A DNA stretch of 63,716 nt, filler included, from Octopus bimaculoides (GCF_001194135.2; 11 parts of 10 records of this genome joined end to end with filler, not necessarily neighbours in it); one strand, 5' to 3'. Shown: positions 13,550-26,845, counted from the first letter of the whole stretch. The notes: a model not told the origin generated them from the sequence alone. Made by a program: numbers and translations.

Positions 13550-13710
13550 GGCGCAGGAGTGACTGTGTGGTAAGGACCCTGCTTCCTAACCACATGGTCC
13601 CGAGTTCGGTCCCACTATGTGGCACCTTGGGCAAGTGTCTTCTACTATAGCCTTGGGACAACCAAAGCCTTGTGATTGGATTTGGTAGACGGAACCTGAA
13701 AGTTTCAGTA
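13550..13710 (+). mobile_element. SINE family A head
   Basis: ggcgcaggagtgactgtgtggtaag...ccttgggcaagtgtcttctactatagcc. Confidence 0.9.
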
Positions 13711-13901
13711 CCCTTTTGTATATGTATGTATATGCATGCACACACACACATATATGTCGTGCGAGATCGATAGATGTGCATATGTATATGCATATATGTA
13801 AGCATTTATGTACGTACATGTGTTTCTATGTTATTAAATATTTTAATATTCATGTTTTTCACCTTTGTGTTTGCTTGTTTTTTTTTTCTTTTCTACCACA
13901 G

Positions 13902-14054
13902 TGCCACCAACAATAATCAGTCATTTGTCCAGTACAGATATGGAGGTACGAGAAGGTGACACAGTTACATTAATATGCAATGTTACTGGTATTCCACACC
14001 CAAACGTCACGTGGTATCGACAATCAGCCAGTAATGACTATTCTACAATGGAAA
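13902..14054 (+). CDS. Internal coding exon of an Ig-superfamily cell-adhesion gene (Lachesin/DIP/IgLON-like), N-terminal half of an Ig domain
   Basis: Polypyrimidine tract plus CAG acceptor (13899-13901) and GAAA|GTAAGT donor (GT at 14055). 153 nt, phase 1 at both ends. Encodes (V)PPTIISHLSSTDMEVREGDTVTLICNVTGIPHPNVTWYRQSASNDYSTME, with the Ig B-strand Cys and C-strand Trp and the VPP..V.EG..VTL.C...G.P.P.V.W pattern typical of the second Ig domain of Lachesin/DIP proteins. The exon is confident; the family assignment is by motif recall. Confidence 0.9.
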
Positions 14055-16101
14055 GTAAGTGCTTCGGATTTTGATTAAAACGACTTGATAGCATGCTGTT
14101 TTTGACACATGTATATACATCTACGTGCATGTGTTGTAAGTATGTATGTGTGTATGTATGTTTTTTAGTCTGCCTTGGCTATCATATTTAAGGCTAATAC
14201 GGCACACTACCATTTTATGTATATGTGTCTGCGTATAAGAGCATTGTGTGTGTGTGGGTGTGTGTGTGTGTGTGTGTGTGTATAAGAATGTGTGTGAGTA
14301 TCAGATTTTATCGATGATGTAATGAAAACACGAATGCATTCTAGTTTTCTCTTTTCTTTTTCGCATGACTCCCAACAGCTTGTTAGGAATGGTAACACTC
14401 CACCAAACCATCGCCTCCTTGTCTTGATATACTGAACGAAGTGGTGTTGGCTAGGTCCTAGCCTCTCTAGAATAGACGAGGTTAATGTGATTGGAGTAGA
14501 CTTTTCCGCCTGCATTTTAATTATTGACTGTTGATGCGTATTTCTGTTACTAGCCGGCGTGTTTTATCCGTTTGCAATATACTGTGCTATCAGCATTGTT
14601 TAACCATAAATCACCTAAATTTCTCGGGGATTCTATATACTATACAGGAATTGTTTACTAACTTTTTCCTATGTAGGGTTTTATGCTGTGTGACGCAATG
14701 CATTATTATTGTCGCTTACAAGTACAAAGTAAAGCGTCGTGAGAGTATATTATGACATTTGGAGTCGTGAAGTTTCCAACCCTCACACAAACAAAAGGAT
14801 TTATCAGTTTCATTGTTTGTTTTTAGCTTCTTACCTGGTTAAGTTTCAACAATATATTTAAATTTAGTGGTGATATTTAATCTAACATTAATGTATCACC
14901 AACAATAATAAAAGATAAAACAATAACACAGTTCTGTTTTCAATACAAAATATGTGTTGATTATATACGGTTGATTTTCTATAAGGATCCCACAACTTTA
15001 GCTAGATTAGAATACGTGACCTTCAAATTGCTTTGCTAAAAGGTTTTATTGTATTTGTGATGATACAGTGTCTTTCTACAGTGTTTGGGTAAATTCTACC
15101 AAAGCAAATACGTCAAAATTATGAGGAATATTTCACTAGAGTATATTGAGTATTCAGTATTTTTGGTCTAGGAGTCTTCTTATTGCTTCTCAAATCACAC
15201 TATGATAAAGGTTTGTTTTATGGCGTTCTGCTGTATAGTCGAATACATTTTCATCAAATGAGGTTCTAGAGAATTAAGGGTTAATAGTTTTTAATGATCT
15301 CTTAGGGCGACTGATGGTTGGTAGGAATTGTTGTGGTAAAACTAATTTTTTAAAGTTATCTATAAGGGAGATATTTGCAAGAACATAAATTAAATGTGAT
15401 GTCATGAATTAACTATTTTAGCATTGGTGTTAACAGTAATTTTTGAATTCAGGTCATTAAATAAATTTTCTTATGACGCAGTTTAGAGAACCATCATTAC
15501 GGTATAAACCGTCCAATAAAAAAAAAATTAAAACTCCGTGCGTATCGGGAGTAATATAAAATGACAGATTAATTCACCAATTTCTGCCGAGACCCTTGAC
15601 CCCATACTAACATCAAAGGAAGAATTACCATCTTTCTTTACTGAATGATAAAAGCAATTTTCTCCCTGGCATAATGATTTTAATATCGGTTTCACTAATG
15701 GAAATGTGATTGCTAATGAAAGTTAATGTTTTCTGCAGCCAGAATCTGGTAATTGAAGGGTAATAATCTATTATATCAAACTGGGTGAATATATCTTTTG
15801 TTTATTAGGTGTTATTGAACCACTTTATAAACTGAAATACTGTTGTTCCATAATGGTAAACTGAAAATGTCTTTAATTTCAGTGATTATTTTGTCTAAAA
15901 AAATATTTAATAACAATACCTATTTGAACGATTATTTGCTTTGATATGTACAGTGGGTGGATTGCTCAGGAAAATACTTTTATCATCCTTAAAGGTGACA
16001 CTCCATTTCTATAATGCTAAATACTCAATTATATAATCAATATCTAAGCTAGATGCACTTTCCTCAATTTTAGAATTAATGCAGTCTAGTATGCTATTGT
16101 G

Positions 16102-16155
<54 letters not shown>

Positions 16156-16516
16156 NNNNNNNNNNNNNNNNNNNNNNNNNNNNNNNNNNNNNNNNNNNNT
16201 TAATTAATTAANNNNNNNNNNNNNNNNNNNNNNNNNNNNNNNNNNNNNNNNNNNNGCAGACTGCAGCGTTCGTTTCACAAAAATTTTCATGGCTACAAGA
16301 CGCCATCGTCTCAAAAAAAAATGGCTAGAAAGCCGAAATTGGTTTTTATATCCTGGAAATGTGCCACACAGGGCAGATTTCCGTCGCAAAAAACTTACAC
16401 CAGAGAGTCTACAAGTTGTTATACAACTTTGTATATAAAATAAATTTTACAAACAAACTTTTTAAAACATGAAAAAGGCAAAACTTACGGAGCCGACACG
16501 TCTACCGTCCGTCCAT

Positions 16517-16562
16517 AGAGATAGATAGATAGATATATGGATAGAAAGACAGACAGACAGAC

Positions 16563-16624
<62 letters not shown>
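16517..16624 (+). repeat. (GATA)n/(GACA)n microsatellite; long (GT)n arrays nearby at 16084-16155 and 16857-16946
   Basis: Direct inspection. Confidence 0.95.
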
Positions 16625-16854
16625 GTGCACAGTCGGTATGTGGAATTCAGAATGTAGTTGAACGAAATTAAGATATCTAGTCCGACGATTTTCCCTTTTT
16701 GACATTCCATCAAATCTTTTATGGAAAAATAAGAAACTATTAAATTTAATACACTATAATTCATAAGTAAGAATTTTCTTTACAGGTGAGGAGTGCCGAG
16801 AAAGAGAAGAAAAAGGAAGAAAATACATAACATTTTTCTGTGTGGTGTGTCTAT

Positions 16855-16950
<96 letters not shown>

Positions 16951-18224
16951 CATTCATATCTGAGCTTCTATGCAATTATGACTTCCGTGTATGTTCTTTT
17001 CTATTTACAAGCTTTGTGTCAACGAAAACTGTGTCTTTCGGAGAGCATACTTTGTCACCAGGTTCTTGGCAAGACCTCTGTTAATTCCCTTAAGGCTTGA
17101 TTTAATTACAGTTAGAGCCCGCAAGGTAATAAAAGACAAATCCTATAACAAAAAGAGCTGAGTTTTGAAGAAAAAACTCTCCGCCATAAAAAGAGAGAAA
17201 AACAAATTGTGAGTAAGATATATGAACTGTCTAAATGTGTCAGAGCGACAATTGAAGTAAACAACCTATTCGTTCTCAAAACACCGCCCTAAGTAAGGTG
17301 ATGGGTGGGTGACGGAAATGGTTGAGAGTTCTTTGTGGTATTTAGCTACGTTCGTTTAAGTTCCGAGTTCAATTTCCATAGAAACCGAACTTGTCTTTCT
17401 TTTTACCAATCAAAGGTTGTTAGAAATAAATTTAGAGTTTATCATGGTCCCACGGTTAACGTATTTGCTTTACAATCATCGGTTCTAGATTTGATCCCAC
17501 TGCATTGGGCAAGTATCCTCTACTATAACCCTCACATCGACTCAAGGCTTGTGAATGCATTCGTACGCAGTAATTGCGTGTGAAAAATTCGGATGGACTG
17601 TACCTAAATTTAATCAACTTGAACCTAATCTATAGCTCGGTATGCTTTTTTTATTTTGTGTGTGTGTGTGGAATCCACTATTTTCAAGTATTTGAACCAA
17701 ACCTCTCGTCTGAAAAAAGCAGAGAAAAATGGTTTCTTCTTCCGAGCATAAAGGGTTATGGCTGCTGCTTCATGCCTTTTTACCTTTGATTAAGCTGTAA
17801 TAAAAAAAACAGTGATGCAACACCAAAAGCGGAACGAAAGCTGAAAATTCATTTATATGAAAGAGGACTTTTTCATATCGAGATAAAATGGTGACATCAA
17901 ACAGATTCGGAATGTATCATTAAAAGCATTTTCCTATTGATTTTTTTTGCGTACAGTTATGAACAGGAATTACATTTTGTGACGTTTATGATTTCTCTTT
18001 AGGGTGTAAATAAAGAACATTTTTCGTCACACGAGCAGTTGAAACGAGGTCGTCTAAGGATTTAACCTGGAATTCACAGAGAGAGATTCGTCACCCACCT
18101 GTTAGATGGCACTGAATTTGAAGATAGACGGATAATTTTCAATGGCTTGTTCGATGCGATATTTGTGTGTATGTGCGTGTATATGTATGTATACATGCAT
18201 ATATGCATATATGCGCGTATGCAT

Positions 18225-18810
18225 GTATTTGAATTCTAAGGAAGACGTTGGTTTCTAATAAAGATATCAAGCTCTGTCGTACTAATGTAGATAACAAAAG
18301 CAATGTTACAATTTGATCTTCAGAAAAGTCTTGAATCTTTTTACTGATCGACTCACAAATTATATTTGTAGCTGGTTGGTTTGTTTTTCTGAAAACACTA
18401 GCCTTTTCAGATTGTCACTTAGGCATTTACTCACAAAAACAAGAGCAGGAATTATTATTCGAATAAACATAAATTTATAATCTGGGTATATATACATAGA
18501 TGTATGTATGTCATTATTCAGTTTAATTTCAAGATTTCTTGCCAATAGAGAAAAAGCCGGTTTCTAACCAATGCTCCTTCATTGGAATTTCAACAATATC
18601 AACAAGGAATTTTTGTATGTATGTATGTATGTATGTATGTATGTCATTATTTAGTTTATTTCAAGATATCTTGTCAATAGAGAAAGAATCGGTTTCTAAC
18701 CTAGATCCAAAGCTCCTTCATTGCAATTTCAATATCAACAACAGAGTATTTTTGTATGTATGTATGTATTCTCATGCATATAGCTACATATCTAGACATG
18801 CTCATATATA
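18225..18810 (-). mobile_element. Three stacked R4/Dong-like 3' fragments joined by (TATG)n
   Basis: 18225-18492 is a diverged copy encoding YPDYKFMFIRIIIPALVFVSKCLSDNLKRL. 18511-18613 is the terminal unit alone. 18644-18810 is the terminal unit plus upstream 3'UTR. Confidence 0.8.
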
Positions 18811-18817
18811 TATATAT

Positions 18818-19060
18818 TCGACAGGCTGTCTACCAAATTTACTCACAAGGCTGGGGCTATAGTAGAAGATATTTGTACAAGGTGCCTCGCAGTGGGACCG
18901 AACTTGAAACTGCGTGGTTGTAAAGCGAGCTTCTTAACCACACAGATATGCCTACCCCTTACTTGGAAAACAGATAAGGAGTGGTGACAAGAAGAGCATC
19001 CGGCTTACAAATCTTGCTTCAATTTTCTCTGGTGTAAGCCATGCTGGCATGGAAAAACAA
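18818..19060. mobile_element. SINE family A head (-) adjoining a family D tail fragment (+)
   Basis: Reverse complement of the family A head, then aagaagagcatccggc...ccatgctggcatggaaa. Confidence 0.7.
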
Positions 19061-20799
19061 ACTGTACGCAAAACAAAAAGAGACACATACCTACCTAAAC
19101 ACATATATACATACATACATACATACATACATATATGCATGCATGCATATATGTGTGTGTATTTGTGTGTGTGTGTGGGGGGGGTGAGTGCTTGCTTGCC
19201 TAGGACGCCCTTTTACATGCTTGAAAGTATAAATTTGTTTTATGTCACTGTAAAATGTTTTCCATGGCAGTTTTATGAATGGAGAGGAGATGCCGATGAA
19301 AGAGAAAAAACTAGCGAACTACTGAATACGTAACCCCTATTCAATGGTCAGATCTATTGTTCTGGTGCAGTGAGTAAAAAAACCAGACCTAATATGCTTA
19401 CACATCTAGTTGGGTCTATTTCTGCTCTGAATTTAAATAACTTCTATATCTGACCTTCAAATTTCTGCTTGTGTGATTGATATAAGTACATTGTATAATA
19501 GCGTAGAATCATTCAAATACACCTTTGCTTCTAAAGATTGAGGGATCTTGCATATAGAAAAAGAAAAAAAAAGTAAGCCCATTATTTGTTACGCTACAGC
19601 GCTATCGAATGTGTCACACCCACGAACACAGTAGACATAAATGATCGCTTGTTGTCTCTTCATGGCAGGAGCCTAATGTTCTTAACTGCCCTCTCTCTAA
19701 ATCCAACCCAATTGGCAATGAAAAGATTCGCGTAGCAGTGCACTTTAACAAAGGGTGAATGACATAACTTAAACGTACATTATGTTTCAGGCTTCTTTCA
19801 CAACCACGTGAGACGACCTTTAAATTGTTTTTCAATGCTCGGTTTTCAATGCCTATTTATCCCCCAGTCCATATATTTCTGTTTGGCTCTTTACTATGTT
19901 TTGTCTTGTTAAGAGAGAAATTTTTCTTATTTTTGTTGTCTTTTAAAATAATTTAACATACAATTTTACTTTCTCCAAATTATTTTTAATCTTAAATATT
20001 TTCATTGGTTCGGTCTGGGGTTAATTCTATTTCATCTGACAACTCCGCAGACCCTCTGAGGCCTCCACAGACTCTCAGAGTCACTAGATGAAGCTAACAA
20101 ACTTGCAGAAGAAAGCATCCATAATTATTGTGAAAATGCAGTATTTTTGAAAAATAATTATTCGACTGTACAAATATCATCCTTCTTTTATCATACTTTG
20201 TCTTTCATTTTAGCTAAGTCCGAAACTTACACTTAGTCGGAAACAACAAATCCTTTTGGGAGATACTCGATTTGCTAAATATAAGAGCAAAATCGCACTG
20301 GAATTTCACTTCACTGTTTTGAAAAGCGACAAACACATTGGATGATGTAGTTCTTGAGATGCAGTATCACACAAAAAGGATAGAGTGGGTATCAGAGAAA
20401 TGTTTTTAATGGAGCCTTACTCCGTTTAAACAACAACCTAAGTAGAAATCACCAAATTACTGGAGGTAATTTAATCTTTTATGCTCCTTTCCTAAATTCA
20501 AATATTTATGATATGAGGGAGATTTTAATGTAGATGGTGATAATTTAATTTGCAAAGTGTGGTATATTTAATCGTAAGACATACATGTGTACGTGTGTAT
20601 ACGTTCGCAAACACACACACACACACGTATTGACTGGATTGGATTGCCAATGTCCAGTTCACTGCAAGACGAAAGCATCAGTATGCTCTCTCCACCAAAC
20701 ACGGTCTGATGTGGAGGCCGTGAATTTGAGCTTGAGATCATACTGCTTTGATGAACCAACTCTGCCACACTGCCTCGACATAAGTTAGGAGAAGGGTGC

Positions 20800-20925
20800 T
20801 ACCCAGTGGTAGCTTAGTGAAAGGCAAAGTCAGCTTCGGTAGAACTTCAACTCAGAACGTAAAGACGGGCAAAATACGAACCAGCATTTCACCTGGTGTG
20901 CTAACGATTCTGCTAGTCGACCGCC
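20800..20925 (-). mobile_element. SINE family B fragment
   Basis: gaaggcaaagtcagcttcggtagaacttcaactcagaacgtaaagac...gtgctaacgattctgc. Confidence 0.8.
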
Positions 20926-20935
20926 TTTATATTTA

Positions 20936-20991
<56 letters not shown>

Positions 20992-21187
20992 NNNNNNNNN
21001 NNNNNNNNNNNNNNNNNNNNNNNNNNNNNNNNNNNNNNNNNNNNNNNNNNNNNNNNNNNNNNNNNNNNNNNNNNNNNNNNNNNNNNNNNNNNNNNNNNNN
21101 NNNNNNNNNNNNNNNNNNNNNNNNNNNNNNNNNNNNNNNNNNNNNNNNNNNNNNNNNNNNNNNNNACATAACATAAATACACACACA

Positions 21188-21233
<46 letters not shown>

Positions 21234-22430
21234 TAAATACACAGACATATATAACGCTTATGTTTAAATCAAAGGTTATTAATAGTAATTTATCATAAAA
21301 AAGAGAAACAAATGCACAATAATAATAAAAACTGCAAAGAGCTAACGAAAGAGGTTTTACACAGTAGCTAAAAATAGCAACCTGCTAAAAATAGCAACCA
21401 AGTCTCCTTTATATCACTGAATCCGTGTGGGAGAGGGAGTGCTTTAGCGAGCGTGTTTTGTTTGACTATATCCCTATAAGGATGCAGAAGCCTCCAGCCA
21501 CGTGGTTTTGTGTCTTTACGGTTAATTAATTCATAGAAACATCGCTGTTTTCAACATAAGCGCAAAACCACGTGGCTGCTCCCTTTATATATGCCAGGAA
21601 TATAAGCAATTGAAACGCGGTTTCAAAGAATTAAATCAAACTACTGTCTTAGAAAATAAAGGTACATTGCATAATGTGGTTCTTCGTTCATAGTCTTTGC
21701 AAAATAAGGCTACGGTTGGAGTACTGTTCGACCACAGCCGATCTGACAGTGGTTAAACAACAGCTGCAGCTCTTCAATAAAGGAAAAAACAACATAAAAA
21801 AGATATATATTTACATCTATTTTATAATGAATGATATAGTTCTCTTGCACTCATTCTGTGGCAAGTTACTTTTTCATTTAAATAGAAATGGGACAATAAA
21901 ATAAGTTTAGAAAGATGTCTTTTCGTATCTTCTCAAGAACCTCAAGTTTATACAAGCCAGCTTTTATAATCAGATACACGTCTATATATCTCATAATTTA
22001 AACCATTCTTGTCACTTCGTGTATTGAAGGTTGTGTTAGTCTGGTCACTGTGATATCGGACAATTAAAGCAACAACTACTTTTAAGTTTCTATCTCATGC
22101 CCATTCTGATAATGTCAAACAGACTCTTCAATTATTATTTTTTTTTCTTTCTTCAAAAGGGAAAGCCTGAGAGCTTGGGGGCTGTCTGAGACGTTGACTA
22201 GACACTTGGTATTTGAGTGCAAAAACGTGCAAGTTATAATTAGAGCTTGTGGTGCCATGTCAAACAAAGCAAATAAAATTTGCTTTTAATAGTGCTTCTC
22301 AGTGACAAGAGGTCGTCTCAGCTGCGTACAGTGGACTGGCTATAAATCCAGACGATATATACAGAAGGTATTAGACACAATAAAGAATAATGTATATTTA
22401 AATAAGTAGTTAATGACAACGGATCGTTTT

Positions 22431-22557
22431 GCAACCATGTGGTTTTGGGTTCAGTCCCACAGCTTGACACTTTGGGCAAGCGTCTTCTACTATAGCCCCA
22501 GGCCGACCAGTGCTTTGTGAGTGAATTTGGTAGACGGAAACTGTGAGGAGGCTCGTC
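22431..22557 (+). mobile_element. SINE family A head
   Basis: ggttcagtcccacag...tttgggcaagcgtcttctactatagcc. Confidence 0.85.
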
Positions 22558-22601
22558 ATGAGTGTGTGCATATATGTATGCATGTATGTATGTATGTATA
22601 G

Positions 22602-23128
22602 GCGCAGATTTGTATATTTTGTTTTATGTATGTATTCTCATGCATATAGTTGCACATCAAGACTTGCTCATATATATTTAAATGATAAACTTATGGAAAG
22701 TTTTACAGATTTTTCCAGTTCCGGTAATGGATTGGATCTGTAGTCGTCGATTTAGCTTTCTCTTTTCTCGTTTTGAGAAGACTAATTTCTCAAGATTGGT
22801 ATTTGGGCAGTGTATTACATATCCCAGGGTCCCAATAATTTCAGGTATAGAGTAACTGCAGATTTCTCAATAATTCAGCGTAGGTATTCTCTTTTTCATT
22901 GACCTTCAGCTTTATGTTAACATCAGTTAGGCAGCTAATTTTCACAAGAGTACACAGTTTCTCTCCTCTATCCCCGATCATTATATCAGGTCTGTTGTGC
23001 TTACATTTTACTGAGGTCTTCACTGGGACATTCCACCATTACTCCTTTTTATTATGAGCAGCTATACCATACTGCGAATTCTTATTTCTTTGACATCAGG
23101 CTTATCCTTTCGGCGGATCTCATTATAT
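22602..23128 (-). mobile_element. R4/Dong-like LINE 3' fragment
   Basis: YNEIRRKDKPDVKEI...KHNRPDIMIGDRGEKLCTLVKISCLTDVNIKLKVNEKENTYAELLRNLQLLY; homologous to 8921-9634. Confidence 0.88.
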
Positions 23129-23129
23129 C

Positions 23130-23711
23130 GTAATTCAAGGGGTGACAATGGGGGAATTAAGAGACCAGAAATTGGGTCCGGTAAAGTCGGAGAAATTCTC
23201 CGACAACTACTTTTGGGTCTTTCTGAAGGTATGGCTAGGAACCGAATCTTGCTGACATACAAATGGCCTTCCAGCAGCAATTCTCTCCACCCAGAGTTTG
23301 ACTACAGTCTTCAGTAGCTTCACAAAACCGTCTGAATTGAGCCTAAGGCTCTGTTCAACAATCAGGGGATAATCCTCAGCGTGCAGACGCAGTCAAAACA
23401 CCTGCTTTATCTCTTCCTGCTGGCAATAGATTCGTAGTCCCCGTTACAGCTGTCGATGTCATGCTTTTTATAGCCTTTACGGTTTCATAAAGCATTGTCA
23501 TGATGTCGCTATTCTCATAGCCAGCGCGCGAATCATCATGACACAGGCAACTTTTTCCAATTTTCAGATGACTTTCAGGCCTCCATGTAGGTCAACCTTT
23601 TCTCAACTACAACTTTAATATATATGCTCTCCAACGCAGCTGACGATTCGCCAATGCATCAAGCTGTTCCTGAGAAAACGGAGACATAAAATATCGTTAA
23701 ACTTAGCCCGT
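23130..23711 (-). mobile_element. Internally deleted Tc1/mariner (DD37D, maT-like) transposase remnant
   Basis: N-terminal piece IDSCNGDYESIASRKR; catalytic piece EQSLRLNSDGFVKLLKTVVKLWVERIAAGRPFVCQQDSVPSHTFRKTQK*LSENFSDFTGPNFWSLNSP. Spacing from the QQD aspartate to the inferred third acidic position is 37. Confidence 0.85.
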
Positions 23712-23840
23712 NNNNNNNNNNNNNNNNNNNNNNNNNNNNNNNNNNNNNNNNNNNNNNNNNNNNNNNNNNNNNNNNNNNNNNNNNNNNNNNNNNNNNNNNN
23801 NNNNNNNNGTGTGTGTGTGTGTGTGTGCGCGTATGAGAGA

Positions 23841-23872
<32 letters not shown>

Positions 23873-24116
23873 ACCTGTGCGCACGCGCCAGTGTACGTCT
23901 TTGTGTTTATACGCTGTTCGCCCCCACTCACCAACTTTTATATCTTGTATCTTAACGGTTCAACAAAAGAGACAGATAATATAAGTAACAGATTTAAAAT
24001 TAGTACTGGGTCAATTAAACCCATTAAGGTGGTGCTCCTGCAAGGCCACGGTCCAGTAACTAAAAAACGGTAAAAAGCTAAAAGATAATGTTATATTATA
24101 ATGTATTATATTTTAT

Positions 24117-24312
24117 GGCGGTGAGCTGGCAGAGTCATCAGCACGCCGACATTTCGTCCAGCTTTGTGTTCTGAGTTTTAATCCTGCCGAGGTTGTCTTT
24201 GCCTTTCAGGCGTCAATAAAATAAGAACCAGTCGCTGGTGTCGATGTAATCGACTTACTCCTTCACAATAAAGTGTGGGAGTTTTGGTCTTCTGCCAAAA
24301 TTTGAAGCCATT
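24117..24312 (+). mobile_element. SINE family B
   Basis: ggcggtgagctggcagagtc...gtcgatgtaatcgact...gccaaaatttgaagccatt. Confidence 0.8.
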
Positions 24313-24315
24313 ATA

Positions 24316-24442
24316 CAGGGTGTCCACAAAAGTCTGGATACATGGGGATTAACACATATTTGAAGAAATTATTATTTCTTGTATTTAATTGTTACGTTAT
24401 GATTTTATTTACTCCATGTACCCAGACCTTGTGGACACTCTG
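24316..24442. mobile_element. Tc1/mariner-type MITE with TA target duplication
   Basis: About 30-bp TIRs cagggtgtccacaaaagtctggatacatgg / ccatgtacccagaccttgtggacactctg. TA at 24314-24315 and 24443-24444. Confidence 0.85.
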
Positions 24443-24978
24443 TATTACACTAGAAGTGTCTATTTTGAAAGCTGTATGATTATTTTATAAAAAATTAAAA
24501 AATGAATAAATAAAATAAAAAAGAACATGAAACAATTTTATTTGCACTTCTGTTTTTTTATCTATTTATCTATTTTTTTTTTCGTCTGAAGCGTTTGATT
24601 TTCAAAATAATGCGAGTAATACCGAAGATGCAATCATAGAAGACAATATCTTTGAAACAGTATTCTTGCGTAAACACTTGCCTTCTTGTCTACCTTGAGA
24701 GTTGCTATCAATTTTTGTTATCTTTATATCAGAAAGTAAACAAGAACGAGATCGAAGACGAAAATCTATCGATAATTTTATTCTGTTATAGTACGAATGT
24801 GTTGGTAAAACATAATTATTTTCATGTCAGAGAAAAGTATATATGACTGTGCTTGAACCTGTTTATCTCAATGAACGAAGTAGAATAGCTGCCCAGTGAA
24901 CTGTAGATTCTAAAAGTACAAGACCAAAAATGCAATATATATTCTAAAAGATTCTAAAAGAGGACAAGACCAAAAATG

Positions 24979-25013
<35 letters not shown>

Positions 25014-25551
25014 NNNNNNNNNNNNNNNNNNNNNNNNNNNNNNNNNNNNNNNNNNNNNNNNNNNNNNNNNNNNNNNNNNNNNNNNNNNNNNNNNNNNNNN
25101 NNNNNNNNNNNNNNNNNNNNNNNNNNNNNNNNNNNNNNNNNNNNNNNNNNNNNNNNNNNNNNNNNNNNNNNNNNNNNNNNNNNNNNNNNNNNNNNNNNNN
25201 NNNNNNNNNNNNNNNNNNNNNNNNNNNNNNNNNNNNNNNNNNNNNNNNNNNNNNNNNNNNNNNNNNNNNNNNNNNNNNNNNNNNNNNNNNNNNNNNNNNN
25301 NNNNNNNNNNNNNNNNNNNNNNNNNNNNNNNNNNNNNNNNNNNNNNNNNNNNNNNNNNNNNNNNNNNNNNNNNNNNNNNNNNNNNNNNNNNNNNNNNNNN
25401 NNNNNNNNNNNNNNNNNNNNNNNNNNNNNNNNNNNNNNNNNNNNNNNNNNNNNNNNNNNNNNNNNNNNNNNNNNNNNNNNNNNNNNNNNNNNNNNNNNNN
25501 NNNNNNNNNNNNNNNNNNNNNNNNNNNNNNNNNNNNNNNNNNNNNNNNNNN

Positions 25552-25611
<60 letters not shown>

Positions 25612-25737
25612 CTTTATGTTAAAGCTGCAAAATTACCACAGAACTGCAGCTTGAATAAAATATATATTACTCTACCTTTGGTATTCGAGTACTATTTTTC
25701 CACCTTATTTTGCTCTTATGTGCTCACCTGTATATAC

Positions 25738-25860
25738 ACGGCTTTGGGTCGGCCCGAGGCTATAGTTGAAGATTTACCGAGGGTGCCACGCAGTGGCACT
25801 GAGCCCAGAACCATGTGGTTGGGAAGCAAGCTTCTTATTACACAGCCATGCCTATGCTCA
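25738..25860 (-). mobile_element. SINE family A head
   Basis: ggctttgggtcggcccgaggctatag...cttcttattacacagccatgcc. Confidence 0.85.
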
Positions 25861-25974
25861 TGTAAGAAAATGTCTTAAATTAATAGGCACAGGCATGGCT
25901 GTGTGGTCAGGAAGTTCGTCTCAACTCCACAGTGGACTGGCTACAAATGAAGACGATATACACAGAGGGTATTA

Positions 25975-26360
25975 GTTGTTGTTGGCACTCCGTCGCTTAC
26001 GACGACGAGTGTTCCAGTTGATCCGATCAACGGAACAGCCTGCTCGTGAAATTAACGTGCAAGTGGCTGAGCACTCCACAGACACGTATACCCTTAACGT
26101 AGTTCTCGGGGATATTCAGCGTGACACAGTGTGACAAGGCTGACCCTTTGAATTACAGGCACAACAGAAACAGAAAGTAAGAATGAGAGAAAGTTGTGGT
26201 GAAAGAGTACAGCAGGGTTCGCCACCATCCCCTGCCGGAGCCTCGTGGAGCTTTAGGTGTTTTCGCTCAATAAACACTCACAACGCCCGGTCTGGGGATC
26301 GAAACCGCGATCCTATGACCGCGAGTCGGCTTCCCTAACCACTGGACCATTGCGCCTCCA
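25975..26360 (-). mobile_element. SINE family C, full length
   Basis: High identity to 10940-11325. Confidence 0.92.
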
Positions 26361-26711
26361 ATGTAATATCAATAAAGCTGCATTTACTCTAAATAAATTC
26401 AACACCTAACCTGGAATGAACTTCTCAAGAATGTGAATAACTGAACTTTTGTATCATTGTACGAATGCTTCAAATGCTGTATTGACTCAAAAAAATTATG
26501 ATCTTGCTGCCGTATCAAATGCCGGGACAGTATTTAAATGCTATTGTTTCTAAGTGATAGTTTTCATCAATAGATTTTAATGTTGAATATTTTTGCTGTT
26601 GTGGACATACATACATACATACATACATACATACACAAACACACACATACACACGCGCGCGCGGTCAGATAGATAGATAGATAGATAGATAAATTAAAGG
26701 TTAAAAAAAAA

Positions 26712-26845
26712 AAGACCGATAGAATATGTGCCTACAAGGCTTGAAAATAAATACTGGGGGCGATTCATAAGATAAAACTCTTCAAGGCTATGCCCCAGCA
26801 TTGCCGTAGTTAAGTGACTAAAACTGGAAAGAAAATAAAAGTATA
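26712..26845 (+). mobile_element. SINE family A tail, degenerate
   Basis: aagaccgatagaata...ctatgccccagcattgccgtagttaagtgact. Confidence 0.65.

Noticed and set aside
14345-14440. Pyrimidine tract plus CAG shortly after the Ig exon
   Set aside because: The required phase-1 frame stops immediately (TGT TAG).
24907-24990. ~45-bp tandem duplication next to a (TA)n gap, and a similar 19-bp duplication at 416-453
   Set aside because: Ordinary slippage or gap-edge duplications.
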